Notes: a model not told the origin generated them from the letters alone. 62,973 bases of DNA, filler included, from Octopus bimaculoides (GCF_001194135.2; 7 parts of 6 records of this genome joined end to end with filler, not necessarily neighbours in it), one strand, 5' to 3'; numbered from the whole stretch's first letter, positions 1-13,531 are shown. Numbers and translations are program-made.

Positions 1-384
1 TATATACATACATGTATATATATATATATACATACACACATACATTCAGATATATACATGCAGATATACATATATGTATATACATACGTACATATATACA
101 TATACACACACATATACACTTATACTGATACATACATTATATATCTATATATATACACACACATATGCTGTTACATACATTATGTATATATATAATTATA
201 AATGATATTATATAAATTATAAAAACTTGATCATCAAAGATTTTAATCAACTGAAATATAAAGGAAAAAATTAGATTAGATTGCATGAAATAGTTTTATA
301 ATTTGTAGAAAGCGTTTTAACCTTTTGTGATGTCAGATAGAAAAAAAAGTGTAGCTTGCTTGAAGAATCGGGATATTAGGAGTA

Positions 385-680
385 AAATAACAGAATAAAG
401 TATGCGGAGAGCTTCTTAAAAAGCAAAAAAGGAACAAGTTTATAGCTGAAAATCACATTTCAGGCACAACAGTCCATCATCAAAAGTGAACCAAATAAAG
501 AAATGTGCGTGTATACAGTCTATGGCCGGGTAGAGTATAGGCGACGCACATGTCTTCTCTGTTTATTTCTGATGAAGGGCCTTTGTGCCTGAAATATAAA
601 TGTTATTAGGTTTTAAACTTTTTCTTTTTAGCATTCTAAGAAGCTCTCTATCTTTATTATTTGTTAGTTCACTTTTGATG
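385..680. mobile_element. Inverted pair of decayed Penelope-like pLTR units with hammerhead-like cores
   Basis: 385-492 (minus) and 560-680 (plus) align as diverged inverted copies. Cores are CTGATGA-agggc..gcct-GAAA (569-594) and TTGATGA-tggac..gcct-GAAA (minus, 453-490). Confidence 0.45.
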
Positions 681-1177
681 TCTGATGACTCAGAAACCTG
701 TTAAACTCATTTGTGCAGAACAATTGCGGTTATATCAATGTAAATATCTCATATTTCTTTCATTACATTTCGATATTGAACGTGCTTTTGTGGGGGAACA
801 TTTTAGCACAAAGTTTAAAACATTCTCCACAAGAAGTAATATACGACAGACAGAAATTAACCTCTTGTCTTGCATAGACATCGTAAAAACAGACACGTTT
901 ACTCTAAGCAATGCACTTGTGCGCACGCACATATCTTTACATTCGGGAAAGGCAAAACATGTGCACACTCGATGTTTTTAAGGTTAAAGTGAAAGCTTTA
1001 ATTGAAGAATTTTAAGCAGTTTCTCGCATGAATTCACCTGTGATTTGAAAAGGACGACAAAATTTGCACACGATGAAAATTATTGCAGACACCCTCAACA
1101 AAAACTGAAGGGACGTGTAGTATACACACATACACACGTACACAAACATACACACACATATCACATATATGTGGCGG

Positions 1178-1487
1178 GGACGGTGCATGGCTTAGTGGTT
1201 AAGGTGTTGTACTCACGACTGCAAGTTCGTGGGTTCGATTCCCAGACCGAGCGTTGCGTGGTGTTCTTGAGCAAAGCACTTCATTTCACGTTGCTCTGCG
1301 ATCATTTCGACACTTGACATGTGGTAGCACCCAGTTGCACCTGTACAGGTAATGTCGTCGATCTGGAGGGAGGGAGTGAGCTTATGTCTGCACAAAACAT
1401 TTGATCACTATAAACAAATCGTCTGTGTGGTTCTTCTCTAAGAAATTGCCGAAACCTCATACGTCGTCTAACGACGGGAGAGTCCAT
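1178..1487 (+). mobile_element. tRNA-derived SINE (family D)
   Basis: A box TGGCTTAGTGG (1188-1198) and B box GGTTCGATTCC (1232-1242), followed by a CORE/V-like GTGTTCTTGAGCAAAGCACTT motif shared with 37146-37395 and 51625-51790. Confidence 0.85.
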
Positions 1488-1599
1488 GATACATATATAN
1501 NNNNNNNNNNNNNNNNNNNNNNNNNNNNNNNNNNNNNNNNNNNTTAATTAATTAANNNNNNNNNNNNNNNNNNNNNNNNNNNNNNNNNNNNNNNNNNNN

Positions 1600-3025
1600 G
1601 AGGCTGTTTCTTTTGCATAATGAAAGAAGGCCTTTGGGTTTGACTTAATATTTTTTATAACCGAGGCTTCTTTGTCTGCTCTCTCCTTCACATAGGATTG
1701 TTGCAGCCTTTTTTCGATCTCCATCAGTGTCGTTTTTAGGCGGGACATTTGGCCATTCTTGGGAAGCTGGTTGAGTCAATTTGTTTGTTTAGGCAATTTG
1801 AAACTTTTGTACGCCGTCTCATAAAAATTTTCCTCTCCCTGGGGATTTTGTTCGTGTGTACAAAGGCCTTTCTCTCCTGGACACATTTGTAGCATATGGC
1901 TTGCATTATAGACATGAATTGTTTAAGTTTCATGTTGATGTCCGGTGAGGAGAGACATTTAGGCCAGTTTTGTTTGAGGATTTCTTTCTCAATTTGTTTT
2001 CAGTTTGCCTTATGGAAGTTCAAATTGGAAAGATTCTGAGAGTTTCTTGTAGGCTGCGTGTCCATGGTTTCTTTTGGTCCGTACATGGTCAGCTCTACGA
2101 TGTTGTGATCCGAGAGTAGCGTCGGTGTCACTTTCACATTATGGATGAGATCCATATTATTTGTGAAGCAGAGATCCAGTATGTTACCTGCTCTGGTTGG
2201 CTGGAGTACTATTTGTTCCATGTACAAAGTGTTATCGAGGTTCAGGAGAGAATTCACCTGTCCTTGTTCGTATTGCGTCATTCCTGGGAGAGAAAGGTCC
2301 TCGGGCCATCTAACATTGGGCAGATTGAAGTCTCCCATAAAAAGTACACTTATGTGTTGTTCTAATGTGACTAGAACTTCTTCTATTTTTGTAAGGCAGT
2401 CTTCAAACTTGCCTACATGATTTGGAGCATCTGGAGGGCGATATGTAGCACATATAACTACATTGAGTTGTCTTATATGTACAATTAGTGTGTCACATAC
2501 TGAATTTGAGTGTGGCAAAAGGACTCCACGGATGTACATAGCAACTCCACCATGACTCCTATCTTTCCTGTCGGTCCGTTATACAACATACTGTGGTATG
2601 TGTATTTCTGCATTTCCTATATCTGGTTTCAGGTGTGTTTCCGTAAGTGCTATGCATAAGGCTTGATTGCAAGCAACAAGATCTCTCAAGAAAGGGATTT
2701 TTGTCCTGTTACTAAGTGATAACAGTCCTCTGATGTTCAGTAAGAGCACCAATGTGATGTGTGTGTTGTTGCCAGTGGTGCCCACTATTTGCTGTGGTGG
2801 TCTTGTGTATTGGGGATAATCCCATCTGTGAGATTGTAGCCAGGTCAGCTGCTGTACCATCTTTTGTGCCGTGCACAAAAAAGATTGTTGTTCAGCAGCT
2901 GCCCTTTCAACAACATGTTGTTGATAGGTCTGGTTTGTAGTACGCACTACATCTGCGTACCTCCGTTTTGGTTCAGGTGGTGCGTAGTCCTTTCCTTTTG
3001 GCAGGTGATTTCTGCCCTGTTTCAT
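1600..3025 (-). mobile_element. CR1-type LINE fragment: APE endonuclease and linker, in-frame stops
   Basis: LLLNIRGL..IALTETHL, TDRKDRSHGGVAMY, ATYRPPD, MGDFNLP, PTRAGNILDLCFTN..LSDH and downstream KSNPKAFFHYAK. Stops at 2579 and 2000; both ends run into gaps. Confidence 0.9.
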
Positions 3026-3180
3026 GTTTATGTGGCGGGGTCTTTGGTGTGCAAAACGGCAGCCTGCACCTTCCTCTCCNNNNNNNNNNNNNNNNNNNNN
3101 NNNNNNNNNNNNNNNNNNNNNNNTTAATTAATTAANNNNNNNNNNNNNNNNNNNNNNNNNNNNNNNNNNNNNNNNNNNNT

Positions 3181-3621
3181 GCCGGCCCAATGGTTTCCCT
3201 TCATGGCAGAATTAATAGTCAAGACTATTTAAGCATTTTATCTGATCAAATTCACACTATATTTGCGGAACTGTTTCCGGAAGGAAACGCAATCTTTCAG
3301 GATGATAATGCACCAATTCACACAGCTAAAGTTGTTACTGAATGACACGAGGAATGTCTTATCTGGCCACCACAGTCCCCAGATCTCAATATTATCGAAC
3401 ATTTATGGTGTATTTTAGAAAAACAAGTAAGTAGTCGCTATCCACCACCATCATCACTACAAGAACTGGAGACTGTTTTATCTGAAGAATGGACAAAAAT
3501 TCCTTTGGAAGCAAACCTCGTAGAATTCAATCTGTAGTTACTGCCAAAGGTGGTATTACCCCATATTAAAATAAATTTGTTTGAAATTTTAAGGTGTTTC
3601 CATTATTTCGTCCAATCCCCG
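3181..3621 (+). mobile_element. Tc1-type (DD34E) transposase C-terminus with right TIR
   Basis: GRINSQDYLSIL..IFQDDNAPIHTAKVV*..WPPQSPDLNIIEHLW, then GGTGTTTCCATTATTTCGTCCAATCCCCG ending at a TA. Confidence 0.9.
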
Positions 3622-3662
<41 letters not shown>

Positions 3663-4543
3663 GTATATATCAAAGGCAAAATAAGAGTTACGAAGAAGAA
3701 ATTTCAAAAGACATATTGTTANNNNNNNNNNNNNNNNNNNNNNNNNNNNNNNNNNNNNNNNNNNNNNNNNNNNNNNNNNNNNNNNNNNNNNNNNNNNNNN
3801 NNNNNNNNNNNNNNNNNNNNNNNNNNNNNNNNNNNNNNNNNNNNNNNNNNNNNNNNNNNNNNNNNNNNNNNNNNNNNNNNNNNNNNNNNNNNNNNNNNNN
3901 NNNNNNNNNNNNNNNNNNNNNNNNNNNNNNNNNNNNNNNNNNNNNNNNNNNNNNNNNNNNNNNNNNNNNNNNNNNNNNNNNNNNNNNNNNNNNNNNNNNN
4001 NNNNNNNNNNNNNNNNNNNNNNNNNNNNNNNNNNNNNNNNNNNNNNNNNNNNNNNNNNNNNNNNNNNNNNNTATATATATATATATATATATATATATGT
4101 GGCTATAGCGGTATATTTTTTCACTGGTAATATACGCGTGTGTGTGTGTGTGTGTGTGTGCGTGCGTGTGTGCGTGCGTGCGTTTGTGTGTATGTGTGTG
4201 TGTGCATGTGCGTGCGTGCGTGTCTAGAAATTAACTTCCCAACCAACAGGCCTGGCATGGCAAGTATCATAAATCCTCAGAACAATCCCCATACCAACAG
4301 ATGGTACTGGGCGGAGTCGAGAGCAGATTTCTTGCTGGTGAGAATACATACAAGCATGCATGCATACATACATATATACATACATACATATATACATACA
4401 TATATACATACATACATACATGAATATATACATACACACATGTATGCATATATGTGTATGGGTGTGTATATATATATATATATGTATATGCATACATTTG
4501 TATATGTGCATATTATATATATATATACATACATATATACATA

Positions 4544-4597
<54 letters not shown>

Positions 4598-4607
4598 NNN
4601 NNNNNNN

Positions 4608-4661
<54 letters not shown>

Positions 4662-4679
4662 GTATGTATGGGAGGTATT

Positions 4680-5160
4680 GGTATCTAGAAGATCAAAAAC
4701 GTGGCAGGTAACGCTAAGTGCTATGGACAGACTGTAGTTAAACTCTTAGTTCGATAGTGATACAAGTGAGGAGTCTAATGTGGGTCTTGTGTTAGCATGA
4801 ATATATATATTAGACAAAATGAGATGACAAAGCGAAGGCTGTGAGGAGTTTTCAGGACGTTTATAAGGGGAAAAAAATACAGATATAGTCTTACAGCTGT
4901 TTTGGGTATATTTTGGATATCCCTTCGTCAGAGACGATGTGAGATAGTTAAATAGAGGTAAATATATGAATTCGAAATAAGCAATTATTATGGAAAAGGA
5001 GGAGATAGGGAATATAGAGGGAAATAAGAGAACGAAAGTAGAAATAAAATATATAAAGATATTGTAGTTTCAGATTCATTATTCGAGGTAAGTGGTGTAT
5101 AGAAGTGGTAAAAAAGTTTCCTGTACATGGTATGTAACTTCCAATATTAGTTCATATTTA
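4680..5160 (-). mobile_element. Penelope-like pLTR/3' region carrying a minimal hammerhead
   Basis: Hammerhead fold at 4888-4935 (next feature) embedded in a T-rich segment typical of PLE termini; no ORF recognised. Confidence 0.5.
4888..4935 (-). ncRNA. Minimal type I hammerhead ribozyme (G12->A substituted)
   Basis: Minus strand: GTCT-CTGACGA-A-GGGATAT..ATATACCC-AAAA(C)AGCT(G)TA-AGAC. Stem I is GTCT/AGAC, stem II is GGGATAT/ATATACCC and stem III is the palindromic CAGCTG. Confidence 0.6.
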
Positions 5161-5409
5161 GTCATGTATATATGTATACATATGTGTATATGTATACATA
5201 TATACACATACACATACTCCCTCCACCTGAAATTTTACTACTAAAGCTACTACTCACTTTGGTATCACCCCACCCATACCTTTTCTCTACACATCCCTTA
5301 ATGCATATATATATACACACACACACATATATATGTGTATATGTGTGTGTGTATGTGTGTGTGTATGTGTGTGTGTGCATATATATACATATCTACATAT
5401 ATATTCATA

Positions 5410-5472
<63 letters not shown>

Positions 5473-5524
5473 TGTGTGTGTGTGCGTGTCTGCGTAGTTT
5501 ATATTTGAAACTGAAGCTAAGAGT

Positions 5525-6401
5525 TTGTTTTGTGACTCAAGCTACGATACAAATCCATATCCTCTACAACATATATTGAGCACCATTTTCTCATTCATTA
5601 TACATAAAACGATATGCATCAACATTTTCGCACTGGTACGCCAGGCCACTTCCCAGCTGTTGCGCCTAGGCCACAGACGTGTAGTGTGCTCTCGTCAGAT
5701 TTTCGTTTTCACCGAACGCATCGAGCAGAGATATAGCATCAGGTTTTGCCAAAAGTTCGGTGATACCCAAGCTCAAGCCACCCAGAAAATTCAGCCGGTC
5801 TTTGACGATGATATCATGAACAAAACTCAGATCAAGGAGTGGTACAACAGTTTCAAATATGGCCGAACCTTGGTGGAGAGCGAGGCACACTAACGCAGTC
5901 CATCCACAAGCCGAAACAAGGAGACGATTGAGAAGATTCGATGAATAGTCATGGAAGACCGTCATGTAACAATCCAGAAAATCGCTTACCACATGGGAAT
6001 AATCACAAGATCAGTGCATTTAATTTTAACGGAGGATTTGTGCATGCAGATAGTGTTGGCAAGATTTGTTCCCGAGGCGCTGGTGGAGCTGCAGAAGTAA
6101 AACCGAATGGAAATCATTTAAGATATACTGAACTGTGCAAACCACGACCCAGACTTCATGAAGACCATCATCACTGGTGACGAGACGTATATTTACGGAT
6201 TCTGCTTTATGTGTGTATTCACCGAAAATCCGACGAGTGCGCTATACTTTTGTACTCTCGGCGTATCAGTCGGAAATTGACGCGGTCAACCAGCGCAAAT
6301 ATTTTCACCCAAACGCAGTAAGGATTGCGTCACCTCCTGTCCACGTCATTAGTTTTGGTGGTAAAAAATAAAGTCGGATACATTTTTTGAGCGTAACTCG
6401 T
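5525..6401 (+). mobile_element. Mariner (DD34D) transposase deletion derivative with right TIR
   Basis: EQRYSIRFCQKFGDTQ..TQIKEWYNSFKYGRTLVE HTH and IITGDETYIYG (first catalytic D), then deleted. Right end AAAAAATAAAGTCGGATACATTTTTTGAGCGTAACTCG. Confidence 0.85.
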
Positions 6402-7159
6402 GCAATTCATTTTTCTCCATACAATGATAAAGTATTACTCCAAGAAATTGACCTGAGTCGGAACATTACATTACAAATTAACAATTGGTTAATTAAACTA
6501 AGATAATAAAAAAATTCCTGAGAAGTGCAAGGATATTTCCTGAATGTGTCATCCAGAATGTATGTTGATAAAGATTTTTATTCAGTTAGCATTTGAAGAT
6601 ATAAGCACAGCATAAGTTGGCGATAATTTCGGTTAGCTGATTGACTTGATAGAGCACAAATCTGTGTTTAGCGCCATCAACTTAGATAGGATACCTAAAC
6701 AGGTAGCGGATTATTAGAGCTGAAGACTTCCTTGACTCTGCAGAACGCTTACATAGATAGGACTAGCTAATCAGTGAGGCTAAATTTAATGGTGGCTTCT
6801 ACAAACCAAGTTAGTGGGCTCAGAAGAAGAGAAAAATTCGCGTAAGATCTGTTAGGTTTAGTAGGGAATTAACTAAGCTTTTTGTCAGGCTACGTTTGGT
6901 GGGTTTTATTGTAACCGATCTAAGAAAGAATATTTGCGAGTTTCCAGTGACATTTGCGGAGTGTTTGTAGAAAGCAGTGAATATTTATCTTATCAGTAGT
7001 GATTTTGGCTACAGCCCTCGCAACATGAGGTGAAGTATTGGGAAGAACCGATAAATGGCATCTGTGATAAGGGAGTAATGAGACGTTGTACAAAATGAAA
7101 ATCTCTGGGCTTCAATGCTTTGACCTTTAAACTGAACTGTCATACACACTGTGTCATGC

Positions 7160-7160
7160 T

Positions 7161-7211
<51 letters not shown>

Positions 7212-7262
7212 GAACGGTCGGACGGACGGACGGACAGACAGACAGACAGACAGACAGATAGT
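7160..7262. repeat. Compound tetranucleotide microsatellite (GATA)n(GGAC)n(GACA)n
   Basis: Seen directly; a similar (GACA)/(GATA) tract lies at 25540-25628. Confidence 0.95.
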
Positions 7263-8214
7263 GTCTCTGTATGTGTGAGTGCGTTTGTTGAAAACAACTA
7301 CATATATTTAATACACCTTTATGGTACATTTTTATCACTGACTTTTCATTTTTCTTTATTATTCTTTTATTCTTTTAATGTTTATATAGTTGGAGACAAT
7401 GTGAGCCCTCGTTTTATTCATGTTTCAAGAACACACTAGCCAAGTCTTCTAAGTGAAGTGAAGACAGTGTCACGTTGTTACTTAATTTTTGTTGTAAGTT
7501 AACAAAAGATCACTTGAGTGATTTTGTAAATGATAAAATCACCATCAATGATTTAAGAAGTCCATTTCGGGTTTTCGGTATTCACATGTTGATTTGTGAT
7601 TTGTATTTTGCACCGATGAAAACTTCTCTAGTTAATGTAGATTATGTTTTAACAATAGACTTCTTTATGGGATTGATGTTGTCACCTAAATTCTTTTTCT
7701 CGCAAGTTTCGTCCTATGTTCGGTATTACAATGTGGTACGGTTGCAAGAAAATATCGTACTTGCATACTTTTTGTGACAGTCGGAGTCGTGAAATTTACA
7801 ACTATCACATTTACGTTCAAATTATTTATATTACTTTAGTTCTCTGAAGTATGTTCTGTATCTTGTAGGCTTGTGGTTTCATAATGACAGGGTTTTTAAT
7901 TTTGTTTTTTCTGAAATATTTTCTAGCGTTTAGTTTTTTTGTGCATGTGTTCTCGGCGACACGTATAGTATTCACTATGAAGAGATTCTAACAGCTTGTT
8001 CCCCCATTCTAAAACAAAGATGCATTCAGTTCATGTAGAACACTACATGTGCAGTTTACATGCTTTTACCGAATGCTGTATCACTTCTTTCTTTAAGAAT
8101 GAATTTGTTGTTGTATTACATTACACACTGCTCTAATTATGTGTTCGAGTATCTGCGATTAACCAGTGTTTATTTTACTACATACTCACACGCACACATA
8201 AATGCACACATACA

Positions 8215-8246
<32 letters not shown>

Positions 8247-8908
8247 CACATACATACATACATACATATATATACGTATATATATATATATATATATNNN
8301 NNNNNNNNNNNNNNNNNNNNNNNNNNNNNNNNNNNNNNNNNNNNNNNNNNNNNNNNNNNNNNNNNNNNNNNNNNNNNNNNNNNNNNNNNNNNNNNNNNNN
8401 NNNNNNNNNNNNNNNNNNNNNNNNNNNNNNNNNNNNNNNNNNNNNNNNNNNNNNNNNNNNNNNNNNNNNNNNNNNNNNNNNNNNNNNNNNNNNNNNNNNN
8501 NNNNNNNNNNNNNNNNNNNNNNNNNNNNNNNNNNNNNNNNNNNNNNNNNNNNNNNNNNNNNNNNNNNNNNNNNNNNNNNNNNNNNNNNNNNNNNNNNNNN
8601 NNNNNNNNNNNNNNNNNNNNNNNNNNNNNNNNNNNNNNNNNNNNNNNNNNNNNNNNNNNNNNNNNNNNNNNNNNNNNNNNNNNNNNNNNNNNNNNNNNNN
8701 NNNNNNNNNNNNNNNNNNNNNNNNNNNNNNNNNNNNNNNNNNNNNNNNNNNNNNNNNNNNNNNNNNNNNNNNNNNNNNNNNNNNNNNNNNNNNNNNNNNN
8801 NNNNNNNNNNNNNNNNNNNNNNNNNNNNNNNNNNNNNNNNNNNNNNNNNNNNNNNNNNNNNNNNNNNNNNNNNNNNNNNNNNNNNNNNNNNNNNNNNNNN
8901 NNNNNNNN

Positions 8909-8942
<34 letters not shown>

Positions 8943-9303
8943 GCACGCACACACACGCACACACACATTCAAAACAAATGTTTGGCGATATACATTTGAA
9001 TGCTTGCTTTGTATATGCGTGAGCCTTGTGGCTAATGAAGAACATCTTTATTAGAATTATTATCATTCTTGTTAGTTTTGTTGTTGTTCTTGTTATTGTT
9101 ATTGTTATTGTCGCTGCTAATGTATTCCCCCATCCCTCTAACTATCATGTACATGCGGCTGCCAATGTTGTATTTTCTTTTCTTCTTTTGTCGTTACATA
9201 TTTCATATTTTGCGGCTATCATAGCTAATACTGCTGTTGTTACGACACTTATTGTTTGTAATCATTATCATGTATACTTTTAACATCATCATCGTCGTCA
9301 TCG

Positions 9304-9342
<39 letters not shown>

Positions 9343-9516
9343 ATCAACATCGTCAATATTCTCACAATTACCTTTCTCTCTGCCACTCATTCGCCCCCGC
9401 CCCTCNNNNNNNNNNNNNNNNNNNNNNNNNNNNNNNNNNNNNNNNNNNNNNNNNNNNNNNNNNNNNNNNNNNNNNNNNNNNNNNNNNNNNNNNNNNNNNN
9501 NNNNNNNNNNNNNNNN

Positions 9517-9589
<73 letters not shown>

Positions 9590-9625
9590 TAAACACTAAT
9601 AATAATAATGATACTAATAATAATG

Positions 9626-9700
<75 letters not shown>

Positions 9701-9720
9701 GTAATAATAACAACAATAAT
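9517..9720. repeat. (AAT)n microsatellite
   Basis: Seen directly. Confidence 0.95.
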
Positions 9721-10407
9721 GTATTAATTCTTTTTGTTGTTGTTATTTTCTGTTCGGTATTCATCAGCCATCGACATGGAGCAACACAACGCAATATTAC
9801 AATGGATTCGGTAAACAACTGAAATATTTACAACCGTTCGCATCCTGCTATAGAATTTGGTTTTTAGGAAACATTTTCGAATGAGCTATCTGCTTAATCT
9901 GACTGCAATGCATGGCATTTATTCGAAAACAAAAACCAAAAAAACAACAAATAAAAAAAACACATGAAATAAATATAAATACGAAAGCGAAAGCGAAACA
10001 AAAAGGAACCGACTCTTTCAATAATAGCAGAAAATGTATAAAACTAACAATTAAAAAACTAAACAAGCAAGGATATATCCCCAATAAGTTGACATGCATA
10101 TTCTTAGGTTTTAGCGTTTGGTATAAAGTATAAATATATTATTCTGTATGATAAGGGAGAGGGTTGGTAATTTCTGCGACAATGTTCTGGAATTATGATT
10201 CATAACATTCTGCAGTGATAGACAAACAATATTCTTTTCCTTTTCTTTCTTTTTTGTTTTCTTTTTTGTTTTCTTTTTGTACGTTATTGTTTACCGTTAT
10301 TTTTGTTTTGTAGTTTCTGTTTTTTTTTTTCGCTTTTTATGTATATGCGTGAGTTTGCACATACAGTTGTCCAGACATCTCTCACGCGCTCTCTGTCTCT
10401 TCCTCTC

Positions 10408-10445
<38 letters not shown>

Positions 10446-10447
10446 CC

Positions 10448-10521
<74 letters not shown>

Positions 10522-10634
10522 TTCTCTCTATTTCTCTCTTTGTGTTATATATATATATGAATGCATGTATCTACGTATGTATGGATTTATATATATATTC
10601 ATTCATATATATTCATATCTATTGCTGCATGTAC

Positions 10635-10670
<36 letters not shown>

Positions 10671-11289
10671 TTGAATTTTCAAACAAGTGTAAAAGTTACT
10701 TAATGCGGACGTAAACAGTAGACATTTTGCTATAGTGGAAAGATTAATTTCTATTGATACTCCGAATTTCACGAGTATCCTTCCTGAATATCCACCAACA
10801 GTTAAGATGAGCCTGTAAGCTCAGTACTCAATCTAAATACAAACACTCATACATGCATTTTTCCACACACACACACACACACACACACGCGCGCATGTCG
10901 TTCGACGGTGAGAATTCAGCTATTCGATCGACTGAATATACGGAATTAACGAAAGCGTAACGAATCAGTTCAGGGCACGTATCTTTAACCGTAAATCTAA
11001 GGCAAAAACAGCGTGACAGAGTGCGTGACAAGGCTGTAACTTTTGAATTACATGTACAATTTATCCGAATGACTTCTACACAGTTTGTGTTTAGGCAATT
11101 TCATTCTCAACGTAAATGTCGACTGAAAGTTGTATCGAAAACAACATTTGCTGAAAATAAAACGCGAGGAGAAAGCGATCGAGACCATGAATTCCTGGTT
11201 GCGAAAGGAGATTTTTAATCATTCGGTTTACCGTCGCTTATGTAACTAACACAGATTACAGCTGTTAACTATTGGAATATTGAATAGAC

Positions 11290-11334
<45 letters not shown>

Positions 11335-12177
11335 GTACGCACACAAACACACACAAACACATACACATACACATAAATATATAAATATATATATGTATAT
11401 GCATGCCTGTAAATGTGTGCGTGTGTCTTTCTGTTTGTTCCTTCACTGCTTGACAAAAGATGTTGGTTTGATTACGTCACCGTAATTTAGGGATTCAGCA
11501 AAAGAGTCTAATACACTTCAAAAAATAAGTACTATTCATCTAAATCGTTGTAGGGTTCAGTCAAACTTAAGTTTGTTTGACTAGACCCATCAGCAGCACC
11601 TAGCAGTAATGACCGCCATGGCATTGCTGCAGAGAATGGCCAGCGACACTCGCTGTAGCAGCTACTCCACCTTATGAGGCTCATTTCTCCGACGGGCTGC
11701 CGTTATCCTTATTTTGCGGAGGAAATCGGTAGTACAGAGTAGTAGAACACCTGACGCCTCGACTGCGACCGGTTCAAGCTGACAGCGGCCGACCAGGCCC
11801 TTGTATTTATTTATTTACAGGCGGTAATACCCGGGTTTGCAGCCGAATCAACAAGGTTGAGGCAGGTGGACATGTCGCTGCACATTGCGCCCCAGGATAG
11901 GGATATGCCTTCCTCGAATGTCATGTGAAAAAAGAAAGCGTACTCGCCCTTGATATGCCGAAAGATAGGTGGTTATATTTTAAAGATATTTGTCCATAAA
12001 CAACAGCAAACACGACAATGGCAACAATAGCAGCGATGCAGCAACATCAACATAAAGACAACAGGGGAAGCAACAAAAACAACATCTACGAACCTGTGAA
12101 TCTACTGAGTGCAAAACGAACCTGTGAAGCTACTGAGTAGAAAACTAGCAAGCTATTTTATCTATCTCTCTACCTAT

Positions 12178-12416
12178 CTTTTCTTTTATTCTTTTATGCG
12201 CTTCAATCATTAGAGTACGGCCATGCTGGGGCACCGCCTTGAAGAATTCTTGGTCGAATGAATCGACTCCAGTACTTGTTATTTTTTTTTTTTAAGGCTG
12301 GTACTTATTCTATCGGTCTTTTGCCGAACTGCTAGATTACGGGGACGTAAACACGTTAACACTGGTTGTCAAGCGGTGGAGGTGAACAAACACAGTCACA
12401 AAGATAAATATATACA

Positions 12417-12451
<35 letters not shown>

Positions 12452-12726
12452 AGCCGTGGGTGTGTGGTAAGAACCGTGCTTCTCAACCACATGGTTCCGG
12501 GTAGCACCATGCGGTGCTCCAGCATGGCCGCAGTCGAATGACTGAAACAAGTAAAAGAATATATATATACGACAGGATTCTTTCAGTTTCCGTCTACCAA
12601 ATCCACTCACAGGGCTTTTGTCAGTCCGAAGCTATAATAGAAAACACTTGCCCAATGTACCACACGGTGGGACTGAAACCGGAACCATCTGGTTGAGAAG
12701 CAAGCTTCTTACCACACAGCCATGCG
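12178..12726 (-). mobile_element. tRNA-derived SINE (family B) with a nested, internally deleted plus-strand copy at 12448-12560
   Basis: Head, core and tail match the plus copy at 59951-60300. The inner copy joins head (GTGTGGTAAG..ACCACATGGTTCCGGG) directly to tail (GCGGTGCTCCAGCATGGCCGCAGTC). Confidence 0.85.
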
Positions 12727-13479
12727 TGTGCTTTTTGCTTTTATCCTCATACGTATCTTCTTATCAAGCACCTTCCATTTCTTTCCTTTCTTTTTTTGTA
12801 CACAATCCACCTCTCTCTATTTCTTTTTTTCAATCTGTTTGTTTCTCTCTTCCTCGGTTGCATCTTCATCCATTTCTCTAATTTTATATGAAAATATAGA
12901 ATCTTATGTCGCGTAGAAGCATTAGCATTAACAATTAAATATGCAAAAAAAAATACAAAAAAAAACTAATATTAAATAAAAGGAATATTTAGATGATATG
13001 TGCATTATAAATACATAAACTAGCCTCACCCTTTTCTGAACTTAGTCTTACATTAAACCTGGATATTACTTAAAAGGGGATTTAGTTGCAATTAGAAATT
13101 CAAAGAGAAATATAGAGATAGAGAGAGAGAGAAACTGAGGAACGAATCGAGCTAGAGAGCGAGAAGGGTGAGAGAGAGAGAGAGAGAGGGGAGGAGAAAG
13201 ACTGGAGGGGCGTTGTAGCATATTTATCAATATTCGTTTTAATGTATGAGCGCCTATGCGTGCCATAAAAGTGTGTATTCGTGTATTATACATATATACT
13301 TACATGTGTGCGTGTTTTTGTGTCGCCCGCATGTGGTTCCTTTCTTTTCTATTGTTTTTACTTTTTAATTCACATCTTCCATTGTTACTCTAAAAGACTT
13401 TTAAAAATATTTTGGGACTGTTTAGCCGAACACGTTCTTGAAATTTTCCATTCCAAATTCCATTCCCTCTTTTATCCTC

Positions 13480-13493
13480 TTTCTTCTTCTTCT

Positions 13494-13531
<38 letters not shown>

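Noticed and set aside
680-700. CTGATGACTCAGAAAC as a hammerhead core
   Set aside because: No room for stem II and no supporting stems I/III.
685-981. Overlapping 98-aa (+) and 77-aa (-) ORFs; also 7475-7777
   Set aside because: No recognisable domain or convincing splice structure.
1178-1250. tRNA-like segments (also 15510-15582, 18240-18310)
   Set aside because: A/B boxes are present but there is no complete cloverleaf, and they continue into SINE bodies; these are SINE heads, not tRNA genes.
1544-1555. TTAATTAATTAA centred in N gaps (also 3124, 24670, 30414, 47594, 49099)
   Set aside because: Identical 12-mer with stops in all six frames, always flanked by Ns. It is a scaffolding spacer, not biology; adjacency across these gaps is uncertain.
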